64,000 nt of DNA from Cladosporium halotolerans (lineage: Eukaryota), in assembly GCF_011745625.1 (NCBI RefSeq), contig NW_027191463.1, forward strand, positions 248,001 through 312,000. Reading direction: 5' to 3'. Each line of letters opens with the position of its first letter. Position 1 is the first letter of the stretch. Positions 1-12,196 of this stretch are shown one piece after another. The notes under the pieces are model-generated. The model was not told where the DNA came from. It made no database searches and saw only the letters and a list, made by a program, of their open reading frames with translations. The translations under genes were made by a program, and so were the position numbers.

Positions 1-124
1 AACTTCAAGCCAAGAGACCAACTGTGCGATTGCCGGCTTCCTCGTATATATGTTCAATCTCGAACGCCGAAACAGACTGGTTTGTAAACTTGTAGGTTCT
101 ATCAAAGATTTTGTGATTGCCACA

Positions 125-1349
125 TCATTTTGAGTTTGGCTGCACTGGCTTGTCCGCCATGAGCTGAATCAACGAATGTACAACTTCTGCAGCTGCAAGC
201 TGAGTTACTTCGCCTGGATTGTCGTAGATGGGCGCCACTTCAACTGTATCGGTATGTGTCAGTAAAAAGTGGGGCGAGGCTAGACGCAGTACTGGGATCT
301 CCTTTCAACTCACCAACATCGCCGCCGATAACTTCCATGCCGGTGAGACCGTCAAGTATGGTCAGAAGCTCCCTAGTAGTCCATCCTCCAACTTCGGCTG
401 TGCCGGTCGCTGGTGCGAAAGCGGGGTCCAGTACATCGATGTCGACGCTGATATAGACCTTGGTTCCTTGGAGTCTCTCCTTCAGCTTGTCGATCAAACC
501 CTGCGTACCCAAGCGGTCAAGATCCCTGGCTCGGACAATCTCAAATCCACACGCTTTGTCGTTCTTGAGGTCGTATTTTCTGTTAGCTGTAGGAGCACGG
601 ATACCAGCGTGGATTGATGAGTTCAACAAAAGGCCTTCCTCGTGCGCGATGTGTAGGAAAGTGCCGTGGTTCACCCCAGCGTAGTGAGAGACTCCTCCTC
701 CGAGCACATCAGGATCCCACGTGTCAATATGACTATCCAGATGTAGAACACTCACGGCTCTCCAATGGTCATATGTGGACCGGAGAGCGCTGAGAGTGGT
801 AGTGTGATCGCCACCAAGCGTCACGATTCGCGGGACGGAATACTCGGTGTTGTTTGCCTTGCGTGCAGACACAACACGATGAGCCTTGTCAAGCTGCCTC
901 AGAGCGACAGTGTTGTCGAGTACCGTCAATGGCACGTCACCACAGTCAACGACCTTGAAGCCTTGGGTAAACGCATTCTTGCCAGTGTAGACGTTGAAGG
1001 CGAAGTCGGGCGAGATTCTGCGCGAGCCTTGCCGAATCCCAGTCGGTCCAAATCTTGCACCGGGGCGGGCAGTAACACCGGTGTCGAATGGGGCACCCAG
1101 CACAGCGATGTCGTATTTCTCTATTTCTTCGCCAGAGCGTGTGCTATTTGCCAGGCAGTGGACATATGGCACGTTGGCGTAAGTTGCCAGGCCATTGTAC
1201 AGGGGTTCTGAAATGTCACCAGTCTCGTACGCTAACGAGCCGATGTTGTTTCCGACGGGATGCTGGAGGCCTGATGTTGGAGGGAAGATGATCTCACGAG
1301 CGGAGACCAGAGCTGCGAACGCAAGAGCCGCTCCGAGGTATTGTGCCAT
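125..1349 (-). CDS. Agmatinase/guanidinobutyrase-type ureohydrolase (arginase family) with N-terminal signal peptide; exons 1349-314 and 243-125, 384 aa
   Basis: Motifs GAPFD, RPGARFGP, LGGDHT, HLDSHID (DxHxD), SVDIDVLDP, PATGTAEVGG. Intron 313-244 (GTGAG..CAG) restores GGDVVEVAPIYD. Hydrophobic N-terminus MAQYLGAALAFAALVSA. Confidence 0.92.
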
Positions 1350-1768
1350 TGCGGCAACTAGCACACAAAACCAAGTTTGTGGGAAGCGAAGACCGGCTTT
1401 TAATGAAAAGATGAATGCCTTATGTACTCATACGTATCATGCTTGAAAGAGGCCTATCTCTGATCGAGGTAGATCGGCTATGGGTCTTGATGTAGCCGGT
1501 TCCACCTTCCAAAGCGAGAGGGCGGAGTCCGCGGGGAGCGATAGACGGACCCCAGGAGGTTTGTCAGATCATGTTCACGATAAAGCGGCGTGGTCGGCAG
1601 TTAGACGTAGTGCCATGACATGCAGCAGATTTTGAAAATGCATATGAAACATTCAAATAAAAAATGTGAAGGCTTATTGGATGATACATATTCTACACGC
1701 TTGCCTCTGCTCCACGTATGCCATAATGCGTGGAGTTCTGTCGATGGGGGACACTGGCCGTTGCCAAA

Positions 1769-3179
1769 TTATTTCTTCTGCGCTTCCTCTTCTTCGACGG
1801 TGGTTTTCACGCCCGCAATGAAAGCTTCAACAGCTTCGCCTCCACCAAGAGGCATGACGCTACCTCTCATCGAGCCACCGTTCTCCACCTTGAGGCCAAG
1901 CGCATCGCCAATCATGGGCAAGCCGCCATCTCGCAATGCCACGGTCAAGCTGCCGAGACTCTGCTGCAGTTGCGGTGAATGGAAGACGCGCTTGATGATG
2001 CCCCGCTTCTGATCAGTGCTCAATGCTTCCAGAGCACCCTGCGCTGCAACGGAGGATGCGCCAGACGGGTCGGCAGGTGTGTCAATGGTGGATGTGGATG
2101 ATGATTCTTGCGAGAGAAGGAAAAGCTCGGATGGCAGGAAGCTGCATAGGTTATCGATCTGCCCGGGTGTTGCAGAGGCGATGAAGGACACGGTCGTTGC
2201 GGGAGTCAGAAGATCGGGAAGCGTTGTCGACGGCCTGTCAGCCTGCTGTTGCTGCCCACCGGGCTGTTGATTGTTGCCTTGAAGAGACCGCAAGAAGTTT
2301 TGCACAACCGCCGAAGGATCTTGTGACGAGGAATCGGTAGCACTACCTGGGTAGTGAATTGTTAGCGCTAATCTATAGTTTACGATACAGATGCTGCGAC
2401 CGTCCCGTTCTGAGAACTTCAACGCGGACCTGGTAGTCCAGCGCGGCTCGACTGCGACTGAGCCACAGGCGCCATCTTCATGGAATTTCATATGTCCTCC
2501 CATAGAACCAGCAATTTCCACTAGGCTCTCATCCTGACAACAAATGAACCAAGACGTCGACTTACGCTCTTCCGCCATCGGCACCGCCTTCCCTGCTGGC
2601 CTCGCCTTCGTCCCTTGGATCCGCTCCCGTCGCATCTGCTCCAGCGCCGCCGGTGCTACCGGTCCTGTCGCGCTGTTCCGGATGCTGATCGTCAACATCC
2701 ATAAGATCGCCATCGCCATCGTCATCCCCACCGCCGTTCCTCAGCTCTTGCACCGCCTGCTCGACGTCCACGTCCTCATCGCCTTGCAGAATGTCGTTGA
2801 CGATCTGACCAACACGCTGGTCGCGTTGGCTGAACCAGCTTAAATTGCCGTCCTTGTGTTGTGTCTTGCTTTGCATCCAGAAGAAATGCTTTTGGCTACT
2901 GGAAGCGAACTTCAGGACGTAGATGCGGCCGTTCGTGGGCGAGTGTAGGTCATCAGCGCCCTCTTCCTTGAGCCAGGGCTGGAAGGTACCATCACCGGGG
3001 ACCATGAAGAGATCGGTCTCGGGTTCAGTTGGAGGAGCTGATCTGGGGCGCCAGCAAAAGTGTGGGATGTCATCTTCGACGTAGAGGTAGAGGTAGCCAG
3101 GTGTTGCTACCGGAGTAACCTTTTTGCCGTGGAACTCGCATTTGCCAGCTTTGAATGTGATCAGTGCGCTCGACGCCAT
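1769..3179 (-). CDS. RPN13: Proteasomal ubiquitin receptor Rpn13/ADRM1 (Pru domain plus C-terminal UCH37-binding/DEUBAD region); exons 3179-2566 and 2342-1769, 395 aa
   Basis: Pru-like LITFKAGKC..GYLYLY..HFCWRPR..GRIYVLKFASSSQKHFFWMQ. C-terminal RVFHSPQLQQSLGSLTVALRDGGLP. Intron 2565-2343 with GTAAGT donor, GCTAAC branch and TAG acceptor keeps the frame. Confidence 0.9.
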
Positions 3180-3715
3180 GTTGCAAGGGCTGCGATGATC
3201 CGTAATTCAGCGCAGCGACGATGTAGATGGTTGCGAATAAGGCCGTCTATGGTGATGGCGTTTGGACAGCTCCCGCTAGGCGGAGCGCGAAGCTGATGCA
3301 ACGAGCATCAGTGACGATGAACTTTTGGCGCCTGAGGCATCAAAGCATCAAGATGAGATGCATAAAAAAGAGGGCTTGATCGACAAGCAGCATAGTCTCA
3401 ATCTCAGCGACTGCCTGGTAGACACACGATTAGTCAACAAACTTTCTAAGCATTTCGTATGTTATGCCGTTAGTCAGTCCGTAACTTCATTACATTCATC
3501 CCGCCTGCAAGAAAGGACGACTGGCGGTCCAAAGTCCAATCGGATAAGATAAGATTTGTCTCCCAGCTGGGCTCAATGCGCCGACTTTGACGCGGGCCAA
3601 TCCCGCATTTCGGCTTGGCAGATTCGTCGCCGCACTCCTCGAATTTGGGCTCCCGGCTTCAACACCTGAACGCCCAGCGCCAGAGACTAACCATTACAGC
3701 ACCCATTTGAAAAAC

Positions 3716-3780
3716 GTCAGTACTCCCGCGCGACCAGGACACACCACACGAACATACGGCGAATACTAATATCCGCACAG
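3716..3780 (+). other. Probable 5'-UTR intron of RPL6
   Basis: GTCAGT donor at 3716, ACTAAT branch-like motif, ACAG acceptor at 3780, 22 nt before the ATG. Confidence 0.6.
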
Positions 3781-3802
3781 TTGGTCGCCCAGCTCCGCCA
3801 AA

Positions 3803-4511
3803 ATGTCGACCGAGGCCCAGACCAAGAAGTTCCAGAAGGGCGAGAGGGTTATTCCCTCTGCCACCGACAAGGCCCTCAAGTACTACCCGGCAGAGGACGT
3901 GCAGGTCAACAAGAAGGTACGGAATTTCTGGCGCACGCGGATTTGTGGGAGGAAAGGAGCCGATGGCGCATGGACATGGAAATTGGAGATGCGCGCAAAT
4001 GCTGAACGTATAACTACAGGCCCGCAAGACCCAGCACCCGTACAAGCCCCGCGCTTCCCTCCAGCCCGGTGCTGTCCTCATCCTCCTCGCTGGTCGTTTC
4101 CGCGGCAAGCGTGTCGTCCTCCTCAAGACCCTTGACAACGGTGTCCTCCTCGTCACTGGTCCCTTCAAGGTCAACGGCGTTCCCCTCCGCCGCGTCAACG
4201 CCCGCTACGTGATCGCTACCCGCACCACCGTTCCTCTCAGCGGCCTCGACAACAAGACCCTCGAGAAGGTCTCCGACGAGAAGTACTTCGCCCGCGACAA
4301 GAAGGCCGACAAGAAGGGTTCCGAGGAGGCTTTCTTCCAGCAGGGTGAGAAGCCCCAGAAGAAGGAGCTCGCCGCTGGCCGCGCCGAGGACCAGAAGGCC
4401 GTCGACAAGGCCATCCTCGAGGCCATCAAGAAGGAGCACTACCTCCAGAGCTACCTCGCCTCCAACTTCAGCCTGAGGAAGGGTGACAGGCCCCACGAGA
4501 TGGTCTTTTAG
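3803..4511 (+). CDS. RPL6: 60S ribosomal protein L6 (eL6); exons 3803-3916 and 4020-4511, 201 aa
   Basis: Spliced product contains [70 protein letters not shown]. Strong C-ending codon bias. Confidence 0.97.
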
Positions 4512-6234
4512 GTTATGAGCATGGAAGCGGAGTTGTGTCAAGAGCGGCACTGGCTGTAAGGGCGTTATCATTGCGTATTAGAAACTCGATGCAAGCCAAG
4601 TCGGTAGCTTGAGGAGTGCTGCAATCCAAACGTTCAAAAGCCAGTTTTTCTACACCAAACAAATGTCACGGCGCAATGGTGAGCTGGGTCTTATCGAAAA
4701 AGCATCATGACAAGCAATGCATTGGGCTTCATTCATCACTAATCGTGCACTTCGAACATACCGGTCACTGGCTCTTGACGTCTCACAGATTTTTGCCCTA
4801 ATGCGACGTTTCGACATCACCGATCACGTCTACAGCTCACCTTCCGCGGGTCCGTGGACTGCCGCGTCTCTCGTCTTGTGGTACTCGTAGTAGCATATGA
4901 CAACTGAGCGTGATCCGAAGGTGTTGAAAGTCATTCTTACTGCGCGGCAGCTTCGTCAGAGTCAACATTATTCGCCCAAGTCCATTTGAAAAGGATTCGG
5001 TGATGACGCGGAATTGTTTACGGAACACCAACCTTGAAGGTGAGACCGCTTCGCCAGACACGTACGATCCTAGGGAGATATTTGGAGTGAGGTCAAACGC
5101 TGCCTGGCCCCGAGTGTCTGGATATGTGAAAGTCATTGGACTTTACCAACATTCGTCACAATCGATCCCTACTGCCTACTTCTCTGTTGCCAATATGGTC
5201 ACAACTGGTTACGGTGTTAAGACTCGAGGTGTTGAACGCGCTGTGCAACTGTCGTCTAGGTCCTAGTGGTGCTCGTACTTGCGAGGCGAAGAGCAATAAT
5301 GCAGCTGCCAACGGGTCGCAAATACCCTTCTTGCACGACAGCTGTTCTGACGAACGGCATTCCGCCTCAATGTCCCAATCAACGTGGCATGACAATGACA
5401 CACCAGGCAGTATCGATAACTTCTTGCAGCAGTATGCATGTGCATGGTCCCCGGGCCAGGTGATCTATTCAAAGCTCTGATCACGTTCATCAGGGCGTTA
5501 GCATTACTGGATGCGGAGCAAACGAATGTACTCTACACTAAACCACCGTTCCTGCCGACCCGCTCCTCGCTGCAAAGTATAGATCATGTGTCCGGGAGGC
5601 CGTCTCGTCATTTCATCGCAAGGCAGATTATCAATCGTGAAACTTAGTTTGCCTCTCACTCGGTGCCTGTCATGTGCCGCGTCGGTCTTAGAACAAACGT
5701 CGAGCCCGAGCCCGCCGAGACCCCGACCAAACTCGAAACCCCGAACTGATCGTCCAAGCTTTGCAGAAAATCGTGTGTTAAGTCCGGTGGAGCCTCCCGA
5801 GGACTGCGGAACGGGAGCGAGCAAGGGTACCTGGTGCTAAGCTATCATTGTCCATCATGCGTGTTGATTTGGTGACGAGCCAGGCGCCTGATCGTTCGTG
5901 AAGCGCAAAGCGATCTAGCCTCAATCATTGCGAAGTCCACAGCGTGCCGTTCACCTTGCAGTCGATGGTGGCGGCTGCGATGACGCGCTCATACTCGAAA
6001 TTGAAGGAACGGAAGCTTGTTCCGCGAGCCCTTTATAAAGTTTACAGACGCTAGGGCGCAGTGGCCGCCTCCATCATCATGTGTGCCGTATAACCGAAAA
6101 TCGGGTGTGTCGAACGCGTGGAGTCCAGACGAGAGATGGCCACCAAAACTTATGCTTCTGGCTCTCGCACCAGGCTCCTTTCTTCCTCTCTGTGCGACCT
6201 GAAGGCGGTATATTAGTGATACTGTCTGTCTGTC

Positions 6235-7999
6235 ATGGAACGCTTAGAAAGGATTCTTTCACGGCCCGTGGCAAAGCCATACCGCACCCGAGGACTTGGC
6301 TCCGGCGAACAAATTCACTTGAACAAAGATGGACACCTGGACTTCGCACCAAACGACATCGAAAATCCCAAAAACTGGTCAACAACACGAAAATGGTACA
6401 TCACGATAGTCAGTGTCATGCTGGTCGTGAACGCTACATTCGCCTCTTCGAGTCCTTCAGGCTGTCTCCCTAGCATTGCCGAGGAACTACATGTGTCGGC
6501 AAATCCGGTCGCTGGACTTGTGATCACGCTTTTCTTGCTTGGATATGTCTTCGGACCTCTGCTCTGGGCACCTCTTTCTGAGTTCTTCGGGCGTCGCTGG
6601 GTTTTCTACTTCACGTTCTTGGGCTACTTTGCCTTCAACTTTCTGTGCGCCTTCGCCCCGAACTTCGGCGCTCTGCTTGTTGGGCGCTTTTTGACGGGTA
6701 CATTTGCGTCCTGTACTCTTTCTAATGCGCCAGGTGTTTTGGCAGGTTAGTATGAATTTCCGATTGAAATTGGAGTGTCTTTGCTAACTTGGAATAGACA
6801 TTTGGGGCCCCGTTGAGCGCGGTAATGCTATGGCTCTGTTTTCGTGTATGACCTTCATTGGTCCGGCTCTCGGTCCCGTCATTTCTGGATTTTTGCAGCT
6901 TACAGAAAACTGGCGATGGTCCTTCTATGTTCTTCTCTGGTTGGCCGCTGGAACCATTCCTCTCATGCTTACCATTCCGGAGACATTGCCATCCCAGGTC
7001 CTGCTTAATAAGGCTAAACGCATTCGACGCGCCAATGTGCCTGGTTACGAGAATGTTATCGCTCCCGTTGAAGCTACGGATCGCACCTTGATGGGAATCT
7101 TTAGAGTCGCCCTTACAAGGCCCTGGGCTATCTTGTTTGACCCGATCTCACTGGCTTGTGCTGTTTACTTGAGCGTTGTCTACATGCTTCTCTACATGCT
7201 CTTCTCTATCTATCCCTTTGTCTTCCAGCAGATGCGAGGCTGGAACTCCGGCGTTGGACAATTGCCTCTCATTGGAACCGTTGTTGGCGCCTGCTTCGGA
7301 GGCTCCTACGTTTTCTACGTTTCCGCACAAGACAAGAAAAAGATCCTTGCGGGAGAAACTCGCCGTCCTGAGGACCGACTTCATGTCGCAATGGTCGGAG
7401 GAATCATGTTCCCATTGTCGATGTTTGGCTTCGCCTGGAGCGGTAACTATAACGAGGTGCACTGGATTGTACCGACCATCTTCGGCGTTATTCTTTCAGC
7501 ATCCATCCTCTTGGTGTTCGTCGCATACCTCAACTATCTCACCGACTCCTACCTCATGTTCGCCGCCTCCGCTCTCGCAGCAAACACCATCTGCCGTAGT
7601 GCATGTGGCAGTGCCGCGCCGCTCTTCACGGATTTCATGTTTTCCGCGATGGGCGTGGGTGGCGCCGGATCTCTGATCGCAGGTGTAGCATGTCTGCTGG
7701 CTCCCATTCCATTCATCTTCTACAAGTACGGCGAGCCTATCCGAAAGCAATCGAAGTTCGCCCCAACGGAGCAGAAGCCAGCTGAGGCCCAGAGGGAAGA
7801 GCGTTCTAACAGCCAGGCTGGCAGTATCTCTGACGAATCTGAGGAGCTGGCTCTGGATGAAGAACAAGGCATTGCCTCCCCTGGCGAGCTTGAGAAACAG
7901 GTCGAGGAGGAACGCGCTGCGGAGGGCCGCAACTCGCAGCAACAGACTAACGGAGATAGGTTTTTGGACGCTTCCGGCGTCGAAAAGGCTGAACTTTGA
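6235..7999 (+). CDS. MFS transporter, DHA1 (drug:H+ antiporter / polyamine transporter-like) family; intron 6746-6797
   Basis: DIENPKNWS, GYVFGPLLWAPLSEFFGRR, LVGRFLTG, GPALGPVISGF..WRW, PETL, PEDRL, YLTDSY..AASALAAN. Many hydrophobic segments. Confidence 0.93.
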
Positions 8000-8570
8000 G
8001 GTTTCAGCGCGATGATTCGCGAATAATCTGGATGATCTATGCACATCATTTTGAAGATGCGGCTGTAATGGAAGGATATCAAATTTCATGGGGTTTGCTT
8101 GTCTAGCGTTTCAGCGGGATTGATCATATCCATATAGGCGTCATGAGATGGACTGCTTTGTATAACCAAACGGCTCCGTGGAACAGCCCAATTTCTTTGG
8201 AGTACCTCTTCGTGAATCTTGACACTCTCACTAAAATCCCAGGAACGTGGCCTGCTCCAAACGCAATTTCAGGAAGCGTGTCGATGCATTTCTCCCAGCA
8301 CAAGATGTGAGCACACACGAAACATTGGCTCTGACTCATTGGAATTGCTTCTAGGTATCGTTCAATTTCAAGGCTGCTGCGAAAGATGTCTACCCTGCTT
8401 CGGTATGCTGCTATGCGCCTTGAACGAGGTGGAGTCAAGATTTGCCGAGTTTGGGCGCCCTGGTTCGCTCTTGCCGATTTGACCTCTCAAGACCTCTCCG
8501 AAACCATTTCCACGATCTCCATCATTTTTGGACGCCTTTGTTTCTCCTCGCTCGGACTCCATCACCAGCC

Positions 8571-11500
8571 ATGTCGCCATTCAAGGTCTCCCAGAAGCGG
8601 CGCAGAAGCAGTACAAATGAGTCTTCGAGCACTGGCTGCACAAACTCATTCAAACGGTCATGCGGAACCTCGCTTATGGGACAGCAAGCTCGAGCTTTCT
8701 TACAAGGTAGCGACGCGAGCACGGCACAGTCTGCATCAGTTCGCCCAACCACTGGCGAGACAGCCGTCCGCACCGAAGATGGGTCTATGGCGCCTCAAAA
8801 TGATTTCCTGGACCTCGACACCTTGAGTGAAGTAATCATGGCCGTAAACCTCACTGATCGCGGTGCGATCGGGTGCGCGTATTACGTCGCGCGGACAGAA
8901 ACCTTGCACTTCATGGAGGATATGCAAATGGGTGATCCGGACATGGTCGATGCTTGTTCGTCTTCTATCTCACAATGCTTTCTCGTTTCTTCGCTTACTT
9001 CTCGCAGTGAAGCTCTTCATTGATCCCACCGTCGTACTCGTTTCAACAAAGTGCAGCGAAGACCTGATCAAGAAGCTGGATCCTGAGAGAACAAGTGGAC
9101 TCGCTTCCGAGAGAAACGGAGACACCACACGTCTCCCTTACCTTCTTGAGTCCCGACCAAATGCAGAATTTGGATACGATGCCTCCCGCAAGCGATTGAT
9201 TGATCTTCAAATCGGTCAACGAGGAGGGCCTCGAGTAACATTTGTTACTCCTGGAGAGATCCTACCTCAGACTGATTCACGCGCCGTAGACGATATCGGA
9301 CCGCCCGATCGTCAGGGACAACTCATCCGTCTGTCAGGCTGGATCAATCTGGAGAGTCGCTTCACTGTAGGCTGTGCTGGGGCTGTCCTCTCGTATATCC
9401 AACGGCGAAGGCCAATTGCGTACCTGCCTGGTGATGGAGAAGCGTCTTGCATGTTGCGTGTGGGCACCATTGAGATGTTTAGCCTTTCAGAGTCTATGTT
9501 CATCAATATGGACACCCTTCTGTCGCTTCAGATCATGTCCACTGAATCACACCCTAACGCCCAGCAGCATGGGCCGTCAAGCAAGAGCGCATCCGGAGGC
9601 TCGAAGGAAGGCCTATCCGTATTCGGGCTTTTCCAGACTTTCGCAAAAACTGGACAAGGTCGCTCTCTACTCAAGCAGTGTTTTCTCCGCCCAAGCCAGA
9701 ACCTCACAGTCATTAATGAGCGCCTGGACACTGTAAGTGTCTTACTTCAGCCTGAGAACAGTGATTGCCTGCAACGTTTGTCCGAAAGCCTCGGGAAGAT
9801 GAAGAATGCGCGGCTTTATACGGTGAATCTCCGCAAAGGTATCAGCAGTGGCCTGAATCGCAATCAAAGAATGCCTACAACAGTCTGGCCGAACCTATGC
9901 CAGTTTGCTTTTCATGCTCTCAAAATCATGGATACCCTCTCCGAACTGGCAGGCGCTCATCGCCTTGCTGTCGTGGCTAAAATCGCCCAGGTATTCAACA
10001 AGAAGCTACTCGCGGAAGTGGGAGCGCTGATCAACGACGTTGTTGACTTCGCGGCATCCCAGGAGCAAAGACGGACGATCGTCAAGCCAGGAGTTGATGG
10101 AGAGTTGGACGAGGCAAAAGATGCGTACGATGGCATCGAAGACCTTCTTTCTCTGGCCGCCGAGCATGTCGCAAATGAAGTTCCCGCAAACCTCGATTCG
10201 AAGGTTAATGTCATTTTCTTCCCGCAAATCGGCTTTCTTATATCGATACGGCTAAGTGAGCATACAGGAACTGGGGTTTTCGAAGGCACTGATCAAGATT
10301 CATGGGAGAAAATGTTCTCTACTGAAGCGAATGCATACTACAAGAACAACTTGATGAATCAGCTGGACCAACAATTTGGCGATCTCTATGCGCGCATTTG
10401 CGACAAAGAGATAGAAATAGTCCAGCGCCTAGGCGAGCGAGTACTCGATTACGAGGAGTTGTTGAACACTGTCTCCGACGTTGCTGGCGAGCTCGATTGC
10501 CATGTCGCTTTGACAAAGGGTGCTATAGTCTACAACCTTACACGTCCTAGGATCTCCGAAGAAACCATAGTGAAGATCAAGGGCGGCAGGCATTTGCTTC
10601 AAGAGCTTACAGTGCCTTCATTCATTCCGAATGACACATTCATCGTTGGTGGTAACCCCATCGATGCAAAAGCGCCTAGACTCAGCTCGCCGACCCGTTC
10701 CCAACTTTCCAGAGAAGACACCACTACAAGCCAACCCGAAGGGCCTAGCATGGTTCTGATCACAGGTCCGAACTACTCGGGAAAGAGCATCTATCTCAAG
10801 CAGGTTGCTATGATAACGTATTTGGCACACATCGGATGCTTTGTTCCCGCCGAAGCGGCAAAGATCGGTCTTACAGACAAAATCCTGACACGCATCGCAA
10901 CAAGAGAAAGCGTCTCTCGCTTCCAAAGCGCATTCACGATTGACTTGCAACAAGCATCAATTGCGCTTAATCTGGCCACGTGCCGGAGCCTTGTCATCAT
11001 CGATGAGTTCGGCAAGGGCACCGAAACCCACGACGGCGCGGGACTTGCAGCGGGCATTTTTGAGCATCTCCTGCAGCGTGATAACGGATGCCCGAAGGTG
11101 TTGGGAGCCACGCATTTTCACGAGCTATTCGAGAATGGATTCCTCCCTCCACGTCCATCACTGGGGTTTGCACACATGCAAGTAAACGTCGACCCAGAAG
11201 CCGCGGAGGCTATTGATCAGGTCACGTACCTATACAAATACTGCCAAGGACGAAGCACATCTAGCTTTGGAACACACTGCGCAGCCATGAATGGCATCGA
11301 CCCAGCTGTGATCGAACGTGCAGAAAATTTGATCTTGCTTGCTGCAACAGGGGAGGACTTGGTGGAAACCTGCGCAGACATCCCATCTTTCGAACTCGCT
11401 GACTTGGAAGATGCTGTAAGTTCATGCCCTGATTCTATGATTGCACCGCATTGACATTTCGCAGGAGAGGATCGGCCGTGATTTTCTGGCCACTGACGTA

Positions 11501-11593
11501 AAGAGGCAGAGTCCTCGTGCGATGCTAGAGGAAATGATCATGCTGGCAAACTCGCCCACTGTGCCCTCCGGACTTGTTCCGCAGCTTTCATGA
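8571..11593 (+). CDS. MSH5: Meiotic MutS-gamma subunit MSH5; exons 8571-8955, 9008-11415 and 11465-11593, 973 aa
   Basis: MutS ATPase motifs [61 protein letters not shown]5-type [10 protein letters not shown] and [11 protein letters not shown]. No mismatch-binding domain I seen. Confidence 0.92.
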
Positions 11594-12196
11594 CATCAAC
11601 CACCGCTATCGCTTCTTAAATCCATTGTTTGGCTGGCCGGTTGATAGTATGTGAATAAAACAGCGTTATTGCTCGCTGGAAGGTCTTCAATTGCTCTCTC
11701 ATGGATTTTACACACTATGTGATACCTCAAGTGATGGGTAATGAGTAGTCAAGCATGTCAGTCAAGCATTTGACGAGTCTTTGGTCTGAAGCTTGATTAC
11801 CTCGACTTGGTAGCTGACGTCTCTGCTATCGGATGGCATTTATTCGAGGAGGGCACCCAAAAATTACAATGCAATTGGGCGTTCGTATTCGGAAACACAA
11901 ATCCGAACGCTGCAACATGCGCAAACGGTTATTGGCCAGAACACGTGTACGCCACCGCCTGACATTTGATTAACTTCGATACCGAAGCTGACATGCATGG
12001 GATACCAGCTGACTGTCCTCGGTGGCTTGCTTTACATAAGCGGTCATTCCACGAGCTCTGGCCTCTGCCCCTCCCTTCACTGGGATGTCTCACACGTGCA
12101 ATCCTTTCAATGACTGTCGCGGCTTTGCGGTTTTATACTACTCAAATGCCAATTGCCGACTAGACTTAGACAGTCTTGCACCGCCCATTGATCATT

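Noticed and set aside
2343..2731. N-terminal part of the 320-aa ORF 1769-2731, and a possible internal exon or snoRNA in the RPN13 intron
   Set aside because: This part is intron or off-frame exon 1. The candidate internal exon has an in-frame stop, and no convincing C/D box pair was seen.
4560..6200. Short ORFs between RPL6 and the first MFS gene
   Set aside because: No motifs or codon bias; treated as terminator and promoter DNA.
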